IMG/VR virus record: IMGVR_UViG_3300009709_000023
Span: 1 to 64,000 of that record
Origin: a virus
Lineage: Duplodnaviria; Caudoviricetes
Strand: one strand, 5' to 3'
DNA length: 64,000 nucleotides
A program made the position numbers and the translations under genes. Below the pieces are notes generated by a model that was not told where the DNA came from, did not search any database, and saw nothing but the letters and a program-made list of their open reading frames with translations. Shown here one piece after another: positions 18,332 to 28,958 of the stretch. Every line of letters starts with the position of its first letter. The stretch's first letter is position 1.

Positions 18332-19435
18332 TTACATACCGTAGAGTTCTTGCGACTTTTGATTGACGAGAGCAGCAGCAGTTGCGAAGTCAACACCTTG
18401 AGCGGTCAAGGCATTGAAAGCAGCCTTCTTCTCTTGGCCAACACGAGCAGCCATTGCACCAGCGGCAGCACCACCTGCAGCGGCAGCGCCCATACGAGCA
18501 GCAGGCTTAGAGGCGAGTGCCTTAGCACCTTGAGCAACAGTATTGCCAACCATGCCACCAACGCTCTTACCCATCAAGCCGAGATTAGCTTGCTTAACAA
18601 GAGTGACGGCTGAGTCAAAATCGACACCAGCAGCGATCAAATTATCAAGAGCAGCTTGTTTAATCTGGGAGACTTCTTCGCGTTGAATTTCTTCAGCGGC
18701 TGACTTAACCATGCTAACAGCATCGTCAAAACTGAAACCTTCTGAAACCAGGCTGTGGACAGCAGCAACCTTTTCAGCTTCGTCTTCGTTTTCGCTATAG
18801 GCCGATTGGGTGTTAACCTGATTCGGGGTAGCATGTTCTTCGCCGTTACCTTCATGAGCAGCCATGCCAGGAGCGCCCATACCTTGGTCAACGCTTGCTG
18901 CACCTTGCGACAATGTATCGGCAACGATACCGTCAAAAATTTGATTCAATGAACCACCACCGTTACCGATAGCGTTCTTAGTAGGCAAAGGTTTAATCTT
19001 TGCGTCATCTTCAGCGACCAGTTGGGCGCTGCCGACTTGTGCCTTGTTAGGCACTTGGCCTGCTACAATACCATTTTCGGTATTGCCATCACCGGCGTTA
19101 GCGATCTTTTGCAGGATCGCATCAGCGATTGCTGCACCAGCAGCGGCGGCTTGCTTATTCATAGAAGTTTCCTTGGTTTGCGTTTGGGCAGCAAAGCGTG
19201 CTGCAATTTCTTTAGCGAGGGCAGCACCCTTTTCGTGTGCTTCTTCGCATTCTTCGTCATCTTTTTCTTCTTTTTCGTTTTCGCCTTCAGCTTTCTTTAC
19301 TTCTTTTTCGCCTTTGCCGAAAAACGATTCAGCTTTTTCTTCATCCTTCTTCTCTTCCTTTTCAGTCTCTTCGCTTGCTTGCTTATTCAGACCTGCCGAG
19401 GCAGAGAGGGTATTGATGATGTCATCGAGGTTCAT
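18332..19435 (-). CDS. Probable prohead scaffold protein
   Basis: Acidic and Ala-rich, directly downstream of the protease, repeated K-x-A sites; ATG 19435 (MNLDDII) preferred. Confidence 0.6.
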   Translation of the reverse strand: MNLDDIINTLSASAGLNKQASEETEKEEKKDEEKAESFFGKGEKEVKKAEGENEKEEKDDEECEEAHEKGAALAKEIAARFAAQTQTKETSMNKQAAAAGAAIADAILQKIANAGDGNTENGIVAGQVPNKAQVGSAQLVAEDDAKIKPLPTKNAIGNGGGSLNQIFDGIVADTLSQGAASVDQGMGAPGMAAHEGNGEEHATPNQVNTQSAYSENEDEAEKVAAVHSLVSEGFSFDDAVSMVKSAAEEIQREEVSQIKQAALDNLIAAGVDFDSAVTLVKQANLGLMGKSVGGMVGNTVAQGAKALASKPAARMGAAAAGGAAAGAMAARVGQEKKAAFNALTAQGVDFATAAALVNQKSQELYGM

Positions 19436-19485
19436 CTTTAATCCTATATAAATGTTACTTAATCTTTGAAGAGCCAACCTTCAAA

Positions 19486-20976
19486 TCACCGGACATATTT
19501 ATTAATAGTGCGGATCGTATCGGCGGTCGAAAGACAGTAGGTAGAACGATAGTCAGACGACTTCTTCACTAAAACGATTTTAACCTCTCCATCAGGAGCA
19601 TTTTGCTCCTCTTGGATTTTTTCTTTGATAAGGGAGGTTATATACCACTTAGCTGCAAGCGCAGCAGCTCCTAAAGCAATAAGTCTAGAGAACAGGTTTG
19701 GCTTTTCAGTTTCGCCTTCTTCTTTCATTTTTCTTGCTAAAGCAGCTTCAAATTTTTCTGTTACAGTTGGCTCGATCTTAGGACCATTCCCGGAATAGCC
19801 AACGTTCGTACCTGGCATCCACATAACTGAAGACCGTTTTTCAACATATTCAGGAAGCATTGAAGATGCATGCACACTAGGAGCCAAGGCTACAGCAACT
19901 TCACGAAGTGGCCGGCCTTCCTGGTGTGAAAGTTCACTCGGAATATGTGAATGGACGTCCATTCCTTTTTCACCTAGAATACGTTCCACCTCTTTTCCAA
20001 TGCCTTTTAATTCATGCCCAAAATGTTTACGACCAATAATTTCAGCAAGAAAACCGACTGAAGGTGAAATACCCATAGACGCCATTGTTGTGAAAATGTC
20101 CTGAGGACTATGTACAAGAATGTCATCGATAGCGCGTTCTTCTGGGTCACGAACTTTATTTAGAATATCATCGAGTTGCCCGGATGTATCAACAACATGA
20201 CCGGCCTCGGCAATTTCTTTAACGAGTTCTGAAACTTTTTTATGGCCAGCAGTTTTTTCTTTAAGACCTTCTTGTTCCGCTCTTTCAGCCGAACCTATTG
20301 GGCACTCTTCAGAAGTAGACGCTAATTTTTGGAGGAACGAAGAAGTTGGATCAGCACCTTTATAAACGTAGCTGATATCATGGAAGCTTAAGGGCTTCTC
20401 ATTAATTGCGTAGACACGGCGGCCATCTGGATAAATATGACCTAGCTCTTGGCGGAGATGTTTACAATATTGGGCACGAGTTGAAGCAATATTGCCACAG
20501 ATACTACAAGTATCAGAAGCAACCTTACAAGCCATGGAAGTCGACGGGTACTCACCACGCTCAATTCTAGAAACTATATCACCGGCTCGTTTACGATCAA
20601 TCTCAACAACGAGTTCAACACGATGCATACGTTCATTGTAAATAGCAAAGATGACTTTACCCATTGCAATGGTTTTGTCTTTGTTTACATGATGCTTGAA
20701 AAAGTGTGCCGGGTTAGTTTCAAAAGTTTTATAACTACGAAGCAAATTTTCTTCAGGAAAATAATCGCAGTTTAAGTTGCATCCATAATATTCTGAAGCG
20801 CCCATAGCTAGAATATGGGCGTAAATTTTATCAGAAGATTGTTGTAGTTTTGATGCGTACTCAGAAATACGTAAATCTGCGGCTTGCTTAACAAGACCTT
20901 TTACGTTTTCTCTATCTATGATCCTGATGGAAGGTTCATCATAGAAATTATTCTGAATATCAAAAATTTTTAACAT
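19486..20976 (-). CDS. Prohead maturation protease
   Basis: FFKHHVNK, GKVIFA, VELVVEID, STSMACKV..DTCSICGN, FHDISYV..GADP: His/Ser arrangement of caudoviral prohead proteases; position upstream of scaffold and MCP. Confidence 0.7.
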   Translation of the reverse strand: MLKIFDIQNNFYDEPSIRIIDRENVKGLVKQAADLRISEYASKLQQSSDKIYAHILAMGASEYYGCNLNCDYFPEENLLRSYKTFETNPAHFFKHHVNKDKTIAMGKVIFAIYNERMHRVELVVEIDRKRAGDIVSRIERGEYPSTSMACKVASDTCSICGNIASTRAQYCKHLRQELGHIYPDGRRVYAINEKPLSFHDISYVYKGADPTSSFLQKLASTSEECPIGSAERAEQEGLKEKTAGHKKVSELVKEIAEAGHVVDTSGQLDDILNKVRDPEERAIDDILVHSPQDIFTTMASMGISPSVGFLAEIIGRKHFGHELKGIGKEVERILGEKGMDVHSHIPSELSHQEGRPLREVAVALAPSVHASSMLPEYVEKRSSVMWMPGTNVGYSGNGPKIEPTVTEKFEAALARKMKEEGETEKPNLFSRLIALGAAALAAKWYITSLIKEKIQEEQNAPDGEVKIVLVKKSSDYRSTYCLSTADTIRTINKYVR

Positions 20977-20982
20977 TACGAT

Positions 20983-21225
20983 TTAACTTTGATTTTCAAG
21001 GGTTTTGTGAATACCCTTTAAGGTTGACAAAGATTGTTCTTCCATACTAACTTTCTTCTCTTCTCGGCCTTCCCTGTGAAGACTCATACCGAGATTAGAA
21101 GCTCCCATGGCCAATCCGGTTCCGGACATACCAAAACCAAGCTGTTCAAGAGGAGTCATATTTTTAAACCCCTCTCTAAGTCCGGTCTTCCACCCAGCAA
21201 TTTTTTCGAGATAGCGATTAGCCAT
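20983..21225 (-). CDS. NRYLEKIA-motif small protein
   Basis: MANRYLEKIAG; Gly-rich hydrophobic segment. Confidence 0.75.
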   Translation of the reverse strand: MANRYLEKIAGWKTGLREGFKNMTPLEQLGFGMSGTGLAMGASNLGMSLHREGREEKKVSMEEQSLSTLKGIHKTLENQS

Positions 21226-21233
21226 GGCTTACC

Positions 21234-21728
21234 TTACATAAACATTTTAGGGCTGAATGCATTATTCTGCTGGTAACGACTTTCCAGTTCCGTCAGCATT
21301 TTGATAGTATCTGGAAATATACCATTGAAGTGAATCGCATTGCTTAAAACAGCACCAAGGACATTTGGATCGGCAGCAACCGAAGGGCTGAATTTAAAAA
21401 TAGTTTCGCCGTACTGAGCAAGCTTAGCTTTATCAGCATCATGGAGAACAGGATTTGATTTGATAGCAGCATCTAAAGCTGCTTGAAATCGAGCATGACT
21501 AGAATGGGCTTTAGAATCCATTAATCCTTTCCCAGCAAGGGCTACTCCTCCGCCAACCACTAAGGCACCTAAGCCTTTTCCAAGACCCCCAGCAAATTGT
21601 TTTGCCAGTTCATTAGATAACCGTCCCCAATCGGCAGCCTCTTTATAAAAACCTTCCACGAAAGCGGCGGCTTTCTTTTCATCCCCATCAAACTCTTTAA
21701 GTGCGTGAGCCGCAATTTTATCTAACAT
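21234..21728 (-). CDS. Putative virion protein
   Basis: MLDKIAA, YKEAA; Gly-rich hydrophobic helix. Confidence 0.7.
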   Translation of the reverse strand: MLDKIAAHALKEFDGDEKKAAAFVEGFYKEAADWGRLSNELAKQFAGGLGKGLGALVVGGGVALAGKGLMDSKAHSSHARFQAALDAAIKSNPVLHDADKAKLAQYGETIFKFSPSVAADPNVLGAVLSNAIHFNGIFPDTIKMLTELESRYQQNNAFSPKMFM

Positions 21729-21743
21729 GTTATTATCCGTAAA

Positions 21744-22766
21744 TTAGTGCAATGCTGACCAAACATCATTTGAAAGACCTGTTGTAGAATTAACACCCGG
21801 GTCGTAAGCCACAGCATCCAAAAGAGGTCCTGTTGCAAGGCCTCCAAGAGCTTTTGCATTTTTAGCTGCTGTAAGAGGTGCTTTGGCAACAGTCTTTACT
21901 ACCTTACCAATTCCTTTACCAATCACTGATCCAGCTTGTTGTCCAACATTTACAGGCTTGACTTGTGGAATCGTAGGACTTGGAGTTGAAGAACCAATTC
22001 CCATAAACGCTGCTTTCTTAACCAAGGGTTCCAGACGAGCATGATTGTTTTTACGTTCTTTCAACTCTTCAACAACGTTGCAAGCCTCTTTATGGAGAGA
22101 GGCAAGTGCTTTTACTTCACGAAGACTGGCTTCTTTAAACATATCGTAACTACCGAGATTACGATAGGTTTTAACATCGCCAGTAACGAGATATGAAAGT
22201 TGTGAGAATTGATTTTCGTCTGTTATAGAAGCTAGCTTATCCATAGCTACCGGATCCGCATTAACAAGTTTGGCTTGCTTGATCAACTTCTCAGCAAGAA
22301 TAGAACTATATCCGCTTAAATGTTCGAGATGTTTACGATTGGATTCATACTCAGTTTCCAATAGCTTGAACTGGGCTTCCTTAGATAAGCCAAGGATGTA
22401 TTCTGTTTCTGCAGCTTTCTTATCCATTGCCGTCTTCTCAAGATTCGGAGCCGAGGCTTGCACCTCTTTCTGGGCATCTGGTGTAGATGTTTTGGGAAGG
22501 CCATCTGGCAAAACCATATGGGCCAAAACTTCTTTGTAATTAGCGACTGGAAATTCAAAAGTTCTATCTTCTGCTTCACTCAACATCTTTAAATATGTGA
22601 TGTTATTTGTCGCTTCAATTGTTCGTTTAATTTGCTCAGAATTAAATCCATGAGCCGATGCTTCCTTGGCGATACCAACGCTCAAAGGAATTTTATCGTT
22701 AAGGAAACCTTCAACTGTTTTTACAGAGAGATTTCTAATGAGTTCGGAGTTAAAGTCAGGTACCAT
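21744..22766 (-). CDS. Putative virion/head protein
   Basis: 340 aa, many K-x-A sites, CTAAAATAC box 5 nt upstream of the ATG. Confidence 0.7.
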   Translation of the reverse strand: MVPDFNSELIRNLSVKTVEGFLNDKIPLSVGIAKEASAHGFNSEQIKRTIEATNNITYLKMLSEAEDRTFEFPVANYKEVLAHMVLPDGLPKTSTPDAQKEVQASAPNLEKTAMDKKAAETEYILGLSKEAQFKLLETEYESNRKHLEHLSGYSSILAEKLIKQAKLVNADPVAMDKLASITDENQFSQLSYLVTGDVKTYRNLGSYDMFKEASLREVKALASLHKEACNVVEELKERKNNHARLEPLVKKAAFMGIGSSTPSPTIPQVKPVNVGQQAGSVIGKGIGKVVKTVAKAPLTAAKNAKALGGLATGPLLDAVAYDPGVNSTTGLSNDVWSALH

Positions 22767-22788
22767 GTTGTGTATTTTAGTCTACAGG

Positions 22789-23493
22789 TTAGTCTGAACT
22801 AATCCCTGAAATAGGAGTTAGTTTCACCTCAGAAGTAAGAAGTTCTAGGTCGATTCCGAGATCTTCCTTAATCGTATCGAGTCCATCAAATTTAGGACGA
22901 ATATCCTCAAGAGCCAATTCAATGTCCCTACGAGCAGAATCTCCATCAAGCACCCATGCTTTAATAAGTCTAGCAAGGTCCGCTGATGTTTTAACCCACT
23001 TCACCGCTTCTTTGCTTGCGTCTGTTGAGTTAGCAGAGAATAGAGCTTCTTTAGATTTGTAGGTGGCAATTGTGAAAAGGTCATTTAGACCTTCAACGGG
23101 ATCAATACTCACAGCCCCGCCAATTCGCCATGTAATGAAGTCTAGGCCTTGAGATAGGGCCCAAGTTTTGAGCATTGATTCTTCTCGGTCTGTACTTTCT
23201 AAAAGCTCAAGACGGTCGAGATTATCCATCCCTTCTATGTCGTAGAAAATCTTTTGGTAGATTTCCAGGACAAAAGCAGGGATACCGAGAATATTGGAGA
23301 TTTTTGGAATATCAGTAGAAGCAAGAAAACACGCCTCAATATAGCGCTTTTTGACTATCTTATGACGCAAATCACAAGCCTTGTTAAAAGCCTGTTTTTC
23401 CGGGGAATCAGACTCGGACAGTATTTTGTCAACAAGTTCATCAACCCCGGTTTTCCTATCTCTGATTAAGACATACCGGTCACAAACTGCCAT
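22789..23493 (-). CDS. Hypothetical protein
   Basis: ATG 23493 just after the upstream stop codon. Confidence 0.7.
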   Translation of the reverse strand: MAVCDRYVLIRDRKTGVDELVDKILSESDSPEKQAFNKACDLRHKIVKKRYIEACFLASTDIPKISNILGIPAFVLEIYQKIFYDIEGMDNLDRLELLESTDREESMLKTWALSQGLDFITWRIGGAVSIDPVEGLNDLFTIATYKSKEALFSANSTDASKEAVKWVKTSADLARLIKAWVLDGDSARRDIELALEDIRPKFDGLDTIKEDLGIDLELLTSEVKLTPISGISSD

Positions 23494-23500
23494 ACTGGTA

Positions 23501-25444
23501 TCATTCTCCTGCGGCTCCGACGGTTTCATCCAGAGCCTGATGAACATTAACCATGTTCTTTAACTTCATCAGATTCTGACCGAGCGTGATATACGCCGTC
23601 TTAAGAGAAGCGAGGAAAGAAAAAATTGAATCGGCGTCGTTTGCGTCTGCAAGTCTATCAATGTGAACACGAGACATAAACAAAATACGACCAAGCTTAT
23701 CTACAGCTTCTTCGATGTCTGGCAAATATTCACCAATTTCGATAATGACATCTGGTACTTGAAGCAACTCTGAAATAATCGTTGCTTCTGTAGTTTGCGC
23801 ATCACCAAGCTCAGCGGAGTTAGCAACGCGTGGCAAGAATGCACCATTCATACCTACGTCTTTGCTACTATCGTCTGGGACCTGACCATACTGAGGGACA
23901 TTAGCATAGTTCTCATCAGTGGAGAACGCTTGCTTAGTCATATAAATTTTAGCGAACTTGGATAGCTTGGCTTCCTTAACAAAGCTCTTAGCAACATCAG
24001 GATCGATGCCTTCCTTGATAACGAGGCGTTCCATCAAGTCTGGCTCAGAACCAACTGGAGAGCCATTAACAGCAAATTCAACTCCGTCATAGCCGATATT
24101 TAATTCATCGCTCAGAAGTTTTAATTGGTTAGCTTCACGCTTTTTCCATGCGGCATTTGTAGAGCATTCAAGCTCAAGGCTTACATCTGAGCCAAGTTTA
24201 ATTACAATTGCTGTAAAAGGAATATAAATGTCGTAGCTAACACGATCATATTGACCCTGGAAATTACGGTAAGCATAAAGATGTTCAACCTTACCAGTGG
24301 CAAGATTATAAACCTTGGCTTCAATACCCAAGCTACTGAGAACTACATTGGCAGCCTGGTAAGGACCGAGGAATGTACCATCTCCTAACATAATAGTGAA
24401 CGTGTCATTCATGTACAAATCTTTGAGCATAACCGGAGGGTTCATATCAAAGAGTACTTTGAGAACTTCACGACGATCTAATTCTTGGCCAACGGCGATG
24501 AAAGATTTTCCAAGGGCGTAATCACCATTAGTAAAAATAGCCATTGGAATATGATTTGATCCGTTTGCATTCATCTTAGGAATAAAAGCTTCACGAGAAG
24601 TACCATTGGCGAAAGCAACGTCATAATCCTTTCCGCCATCCAAATCAGTTACTGCTTTAAAAACACCATCAACATCATAGTTCTGAGCAGAGACGGCGAC
24701 ACGGTAAGTAGGTTGTTTACCGATGAAATGGTATCCGTCATCCAAAATACTATTAATCTGGACTTCTCCCAGGCCAGCAGCTTGGTTATCTGCAGTGGCG
24801 ATGGAAATGGGAACCTGGTTAGTTGCTTGGGGGAGCGCTGCCATTGACGGTGCTTTGAGCACGTCGAAGATGGCCTTGAGTCCGAATTGCTCATCAAGGT
24901 TGTCGTAGACAGATTTTTCAGCCGAGAGTTTTTCAAAGACTTCATCCTTGACTTCATATGGAAGTTGGGCTAGGAATTCCACGAGCCGACTCCGAGACGC
25001 ATACACGAATTTGCCCGTCCTGGGCGGATTCAGTAGCCAATACGTTGAAGGATTCGTGTTTACAGTCTCGGGAATTGTCTTCGATTTTCCTAAAGCCGAA
25101 GTATCCGTAGCGCTCATTGCTAAAATGAACTGAACTGTCTTCTTCGACAATGGGAAGAATTTTTGCTGCGAGTCAATAAAAATTGAGTCAATTGGATAAA
25201 CGTTATCCGAGCGTGCTACAACTGGAACATAAAGTAATTCCGCACCTGGTCGAAGAATAAATAATCCAACTCGGACACTTGGGTCTTCTCCCATTTCATC
25301 CGAACAGTCTTTAAAGGTCAAAATGAAAGGACCCAATTCAGGAAATGACTGAAGAAATTTTGCTAAACAAATATCAGCAAATTGATCTTGTAAATCTTGA
25401 TTTTGGTCACCTGGGCTCATGCCCTGATTCATACCTGGATTCAT
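23501..25444 (-). CDS. Large hypothetical protein of the head region
   Basis: 647-aa ORF in the late operon. Confidence 0.8.
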   Translation of the reverse strand: MNPGMNQGMSPGDQNQDLQDQFADICLAKFLQSFPELGPFILTFKDCSDEMGEDPSVRVGLFILRPGAELLYVPVVARSDNVYPIDSIFIDSQQKFFPLSKKTVQFILAMSATDTSALGKSKTIPETVNTNPSTYWLLNPPRTGKFVYASRSRLVEFLAQLPYEVKDEVFEKLSAEKSVYDNLDEQFGLKAIFDVLKAPSMAALPQATNQVPISIATADNQAAGLGEVQINSILDDGYHFIGKQPTYRVAVSAQNYDVDGVFKAVTDLDGGKDYDVAFANGTSREAFIPKMNANGSNHIPMAIFTNGDYALGKSFIAVGQELDRREVLKVLFDMNPPVMLKDLYMNDTFTIMLGDGTFLGPYQAANVVLSSLGIEAKVYNLATGKVEHLYAYRNFQGQYDRVSYDIYIPFTAIVIKLGSDVSLELECSTNAAWKKREANQLKLLSDELNIGYDGVEFAVNGSPVGSEPDLMERLVIKEGIDPDVAKSFVKEAKLSKFAKIYMTKQAFSTDENYANVPQYGQVPDDSSKDVGMNGAFLPRVANSAELGDAQTTEATIISELLQVPDVIIEIGEYLPDIEEAVDKLGRILFMSRVHIDRLADANDADSIFSFLASLKTAYITLGQNLMKLKNMVNVHQALDETVGAAGE

Positions 25445-25493
25445 AGTTTAAATAGCTCGAAGCGACTTAGGGCCGCTAATAGTCCTTCTGATT

Positions 25494-26210
25494 TTAGCTT
25501 TCTTTTATTGTAACACATTCACAAGGCCAGCCTTGGCACTCAATACACCAATAATGACGCTTTGCTCTGTTTTTTGTACGCGTTAAAACTTGTAAATTAA
25601 ATTCATTGTGTAAGCCACAAACTAACCCATCTTTGTGTTGCAAAGGAATAATATGATCCACTTCATGTGGCTCCCCTGTTTTTTCTAAAAGTGCTTTAGA
25701 TTCTTTGTAGAATTCTTCTATTACTTCTTCATCCGCCCAGTCAACAAAAGCGTTTAATTCTACCGCCCGCCTCTTAGAATCTGCAAGAAGAAACCTCTCG
25801 GGGCACTCCTTCTTCATTCGTTCATAACTTTGTTTTTTTCTTATTCTAGCTTTTTCTTTGAAATCGGGATCATCTTTGTGTTCTTCATGGTACGCCCTGG
25901 ATCTCTCTGCTGCTCTAGCCCTGTATTCCGGGTCTAATCCATATTTATTATGAAATCGAGCTAATTTCTTAGCATTAATATTTGCCCTGTACATTTCATC
26001 TGTACATAATTTTTCAAGGTGTTTTTCGTACGCTATCTGGGCTTTACGTTTGTATTCTTCAGTATCTTTATGGGTTTCGTAATGACGCTGAGAAGCAGCT
26101 TTTTTTCTAGCTCGATAAGAAGGATCATCTTTTAATCTCTCATAACGTTTATGATCTTTTTCTTTTTGTTTAGCTTTACGTTCTTCTTCGGTTAAAACTT
26201 TACGTGGCAT
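25494..26210 (-). CDS. HNH homing endonuclease
   Basis: HEVDHIIPL..GLVCGLHNEFNLQVLT..KN; TTGACG-18-TATAAT upstream (26239-26268, minus). Confidence 0.85.
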   Translation of the reverse strand: MPRKVLTEEERKAKQKEKDHKRYERLKDDPSYRARKKAASQRHYETHKDTEEYKRKAQIAYEKHLEKLCTDEMYRANINAKKLARFHNKYGLDPEYRARAAERSRAYHEEHKDDPDFKEKARIRKKQSYERMKKECPERFLLADSKRRAVELNAFVDWADEEVIEEFYKESKALLEKTGEPHEVDHIIPLQHKDGLVCGLHNEFNLQVLTRTKNRAKRHYWCIECQGWPCECVTIKES

Positions 26211-26264
26211 ACATCAATCTAATGAAAATAAAGGATTGATTATACAATAAGAAGGAAACCTACG

Positions 26265-27062
26265 TCAACAACCCGGTGGAACCTGGTTATTCCCACTCGC
26301 AATATTCACAACTTGGCCAGAACTAGTAGTAGCAACGCTTGTTGCATTGCCAGAAACACCACCAGCCGCCGAACCATTAGCAAGCACATACATTTTTCCA
26401 TACAAAATATTACTGACGTATTGGTTTGGCGTCATACCGGTAGCTCTGTCATATCCCCCCAAGCCTAGATAAGCGCCAATTGAGGCTGCTATTTTGGAGC
26501 TAAAGTATTGACTAGAGTTACCATAGTGCCATCCACTTGAAGTTTGACTAATATGTTTGTATTTACTTTCAAGAATAGTCAGGCCCGCCAAAATTTGGTT
26601 AGAAGCGGTAGCCTGCCCTTGATACAAAGTAGTTAAGTCTGTTCCAGGTGGAACACAAAGAATACTGGCAATATCAGGTCTAGAGATTTGAATTTCAGTT
26701 TGGCCATTTTTTTTAGATGCCCCCTGAATAAAATTCCATCCCATACACTGCAAAAGTCCATAGGCTTGGAGGCCCTGAGCAACCAACGATTTTTGTGTGG
26801 GAGTGCCCGTTGCCAAAAGATTTTGAATCGGTTGACTATTCCAGTAATCCTTAGCCCCAGACGAAACAGACGTAGAAATAACAGGGCCAATAGCATTGTA
26901 GCTAAAAGAACTTTCCTGTTGGACCATAGCCATGACAATGTTAGCAATATTGCTTTCATTGTTTAAAGTAGAAGTGAAATATTGACCAAGCAGATTTGTT
27001 ATAATTGTCTTAACATTCTGCTTGGTAGTGGTCGTAGTACTTGATCCGGCAACCGACGCCAT
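26265..27062 (-). CDS. Lytic transglycosylase (SLT-like), probably virion-associated
   Basis: AMVQQESSF catalytic Glu, YGLLQ, IGAYLG. Confidence 0.75.
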   Translation of the reverse strand: MASVAGSSTTTTTKQNVKTIITNLLGQYFTSTLNNESNIANIVMAMVQQESSFSYNAIGPVISTSVSSGAKDYWNSQPIQNLLATGTPTQKSLVAQGLQAYGLLQCMGWNFIQGASKKNGQTEIQISRPDIASILCVPPGTDLTTLYQGQATASNQILAGLTILESKYKHISQTSSGWHYGNSSQYFSSKIAASIGAYLGLGGYDRATGMTPNQYVSNILYGKMYVLANGSAAGGVSGNATSVATTSSGQVVNIASGNNQVPPGC

Positions 27063-28888
27063 TAGTAAGCCCCGTCTTCACCTTCACCGAATTCTCGTCC
27101 CAGAATGTACGATGGAATTGGATCAGTGCTATGAATGTCGGACGAATCACCGACTGCGGCAGAATCTGTAATTGTGTCTTTAAGTCGGGTGAAAGCAAGG
27201 CGTGAAACCCAGTTTGAATCATAATTCTTCGCTGACTCCAGGCCGGGAACGATCGGAGTAACTTTGAGACCAGAGCCAGTCACTTTCACTGTCTTGACAC
27301 CTTTCTCTTCCAAGTCTTCAATGTGGTTAGCATCCAGCAAAGTACCGGGCGTTAATTCGTGGACACCTTTAGCTAAAACAGTACCTTCAGCATGGCTAAC
27401 AGGAATTTCTTTAGTGCCAGTACGAAGAAATTTCTCGGCTTCTCCAACACTTACAACTTGGCCTGGCATAAAACCAGTTTGTCCTGGATCTTCGACTTGA
27501 ACATATTTCAGCAGATTCTTGGCAACGATTTCAAAGTGACGGGGATCCAAGCCGCCACCATAAATTTCACGAAGTTCGTTAGCCATATAACGACGGCCAG
27601 CCCCTAAACCCCTGAGCTGAACAAGCTTACGGGGGTTAATAACGCCTGATGACAAAGCTTGTCCTGTTTTAACTTCATCTCCAACGTCAACATTTAAAGT
27701 CTGAGCTTGAGGGACAAAGTGAGAAGTATCTTTCACATAAACATTATGGTCACCCAGCGCTGTTGTAGAGATATGAGTAATCTTCCCATTATGTTGAGCA
27801 AGCGTTGCCTCATCCTGGAAGTTTTCAGTCGGGTTACGCATCAAGTTAGAAGCTTGTTCGTATGCATTGCCTTTACGTTCACCCACTGACGCTTTGTGCT
27901 TTGTTGACAGAATGCTCTGTGTCAAAACTTCCGAAATAGATTGGGCCGCAATGACCCCGACGTTTTCACCAATCTCAGGAGGGAGACCGTTTCCCATCAA
28001 ACCGAAACATTTAACACAAACGCCATCATGAGCTTCACAAGTCATAGCGCTCCGGCATTTGATAAATTTGCGTCCGGATTGAGCACATTCTTTATAGTAC
28101 TGATCAGTGATGAGCCTGTTAGTTTCAGCTTCATAACGACCAATGATTGATTTCTTATCTGAAACGGGGAGATTGATACCATTTTTGGTCCCGCAATCAA
28201 CAATGGTTACAACTTCATGATACACAGTGGGGCCAAGTCGTTTAAACAGTGCTCCTGGCTTTGACGTAGCAAGCTGTGTCAATACGCTATTGCCACGGCC
28301 CATATAGGAAAGTGCCGTTTGCTCTGCAGGGGTCATACCCTCTGCGAATGAATGTTTAATAACAACAGGAACAATCTCACCGCTCAAATTATTTGAAATT
28401 AAAGGGGTAGCAGTACCTGCAGCCAATTGCTTTGGATTACCCCGTGCTCCAGTTTGAGCCATCTTTGCAGCAACAGAGCCTTTACCAACGAGATAAGCAA
28501 GGTTCTGCTTTTGTACTTTGGATTCGTATTCGGTGATGAGAGACAACAGTTCTTTATCTTTGTCGACTTGAGATTTGTTAGTATTTAGAATTTTTTGAGC
28601 TTTGAAATCAAATTCGTCGATCAGTGTAGTACGTTCTTCAGAATCATTGATATAATCAGATAAAGGCGTAGTTGCACCAATATCTGTAGCAACGTTAAAA
28701 AATTGTTTCGCTAAATCGTTAATGGTTTCGCCTGCGCCTGGCCCACCGTGTTTCAAAATCATATTGACAAGGCTAGATACCCCACCTTTGTCTAGAGATT
28801 TATAGGGATCAAAGTGTGCCTTAGCGGCTTCAGTTGGAAGGGAATGCTTAATGAGCAAAGACCCAGCAGTAGTGTATTTTTGTGCCAT
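27062..28888 (-). CDS. rpoC: RNA polymerase beta' subunit, C-terminal piece
   Basis: MAQTGARG, SFAEG, DCGT, C..C...C..C Zn site, GENVGVIAAQSISEVLTQSILSTKH trigger loop, RHFEIV. Confidence 0.9.
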   Translation of the reverse strand: MAQKYTTAGSLLIKHSLPTEAAKAHFDPYKSLDKGGVSSLVNMILKHGGPGAGETINDLAKQFFNVATDIGATTPLSDYINDSEERTTLIDEFDFKAQKILNTNKSQVDKDKELLSLITEYESKVQKQNLAYLVGKGSVAAKMAQTGARGNPKQLAAGTATPLISNNLSGEIVPVVIKHSFAEGMTPAEQTALSYMGRGNSVLTQLATSKPGALFKRLGPTVYHEVVTIVDCGTKNGINLPVSDKKSIIGRYEAETNRLITDQYYKECAQSGRKFIKCRSAMTCEAHDGVCVKCFGLMGNGLPPEIGENVGVIAAQSISEVLTQSILSTKHKASVGERKGNAYEQASNLMRNPTENFQDEATLAQHNGKITHISTTALGDHNVYVKDTSHFVPQAQTLNVDVGDEVKTGQALSSGVINPRKLVQLRGLGAGRRYMANELREIYGGGLDPRHFEIVAKNLLKYVQVEDPGQTGFMPGQVVSVGEAEKFLRTGTKEIPVSHAEGTVLAKGVHELTPGTLLDANHIEDLEEKGVKTVKVTGSGLKVTPIVPGLESAKNYDSNWVSRLAFTRLKDTITDSAAVGDSSDIHSTDPIPSYILGREFGEGEDGAY

Positions 28889-28958
28889 GCAAGTATTTTA
28901 GATCGGCATAGTTTTGGTATAAGTAAAGTAGAGAAGAACCCTATTTTAGGAGAATCCT

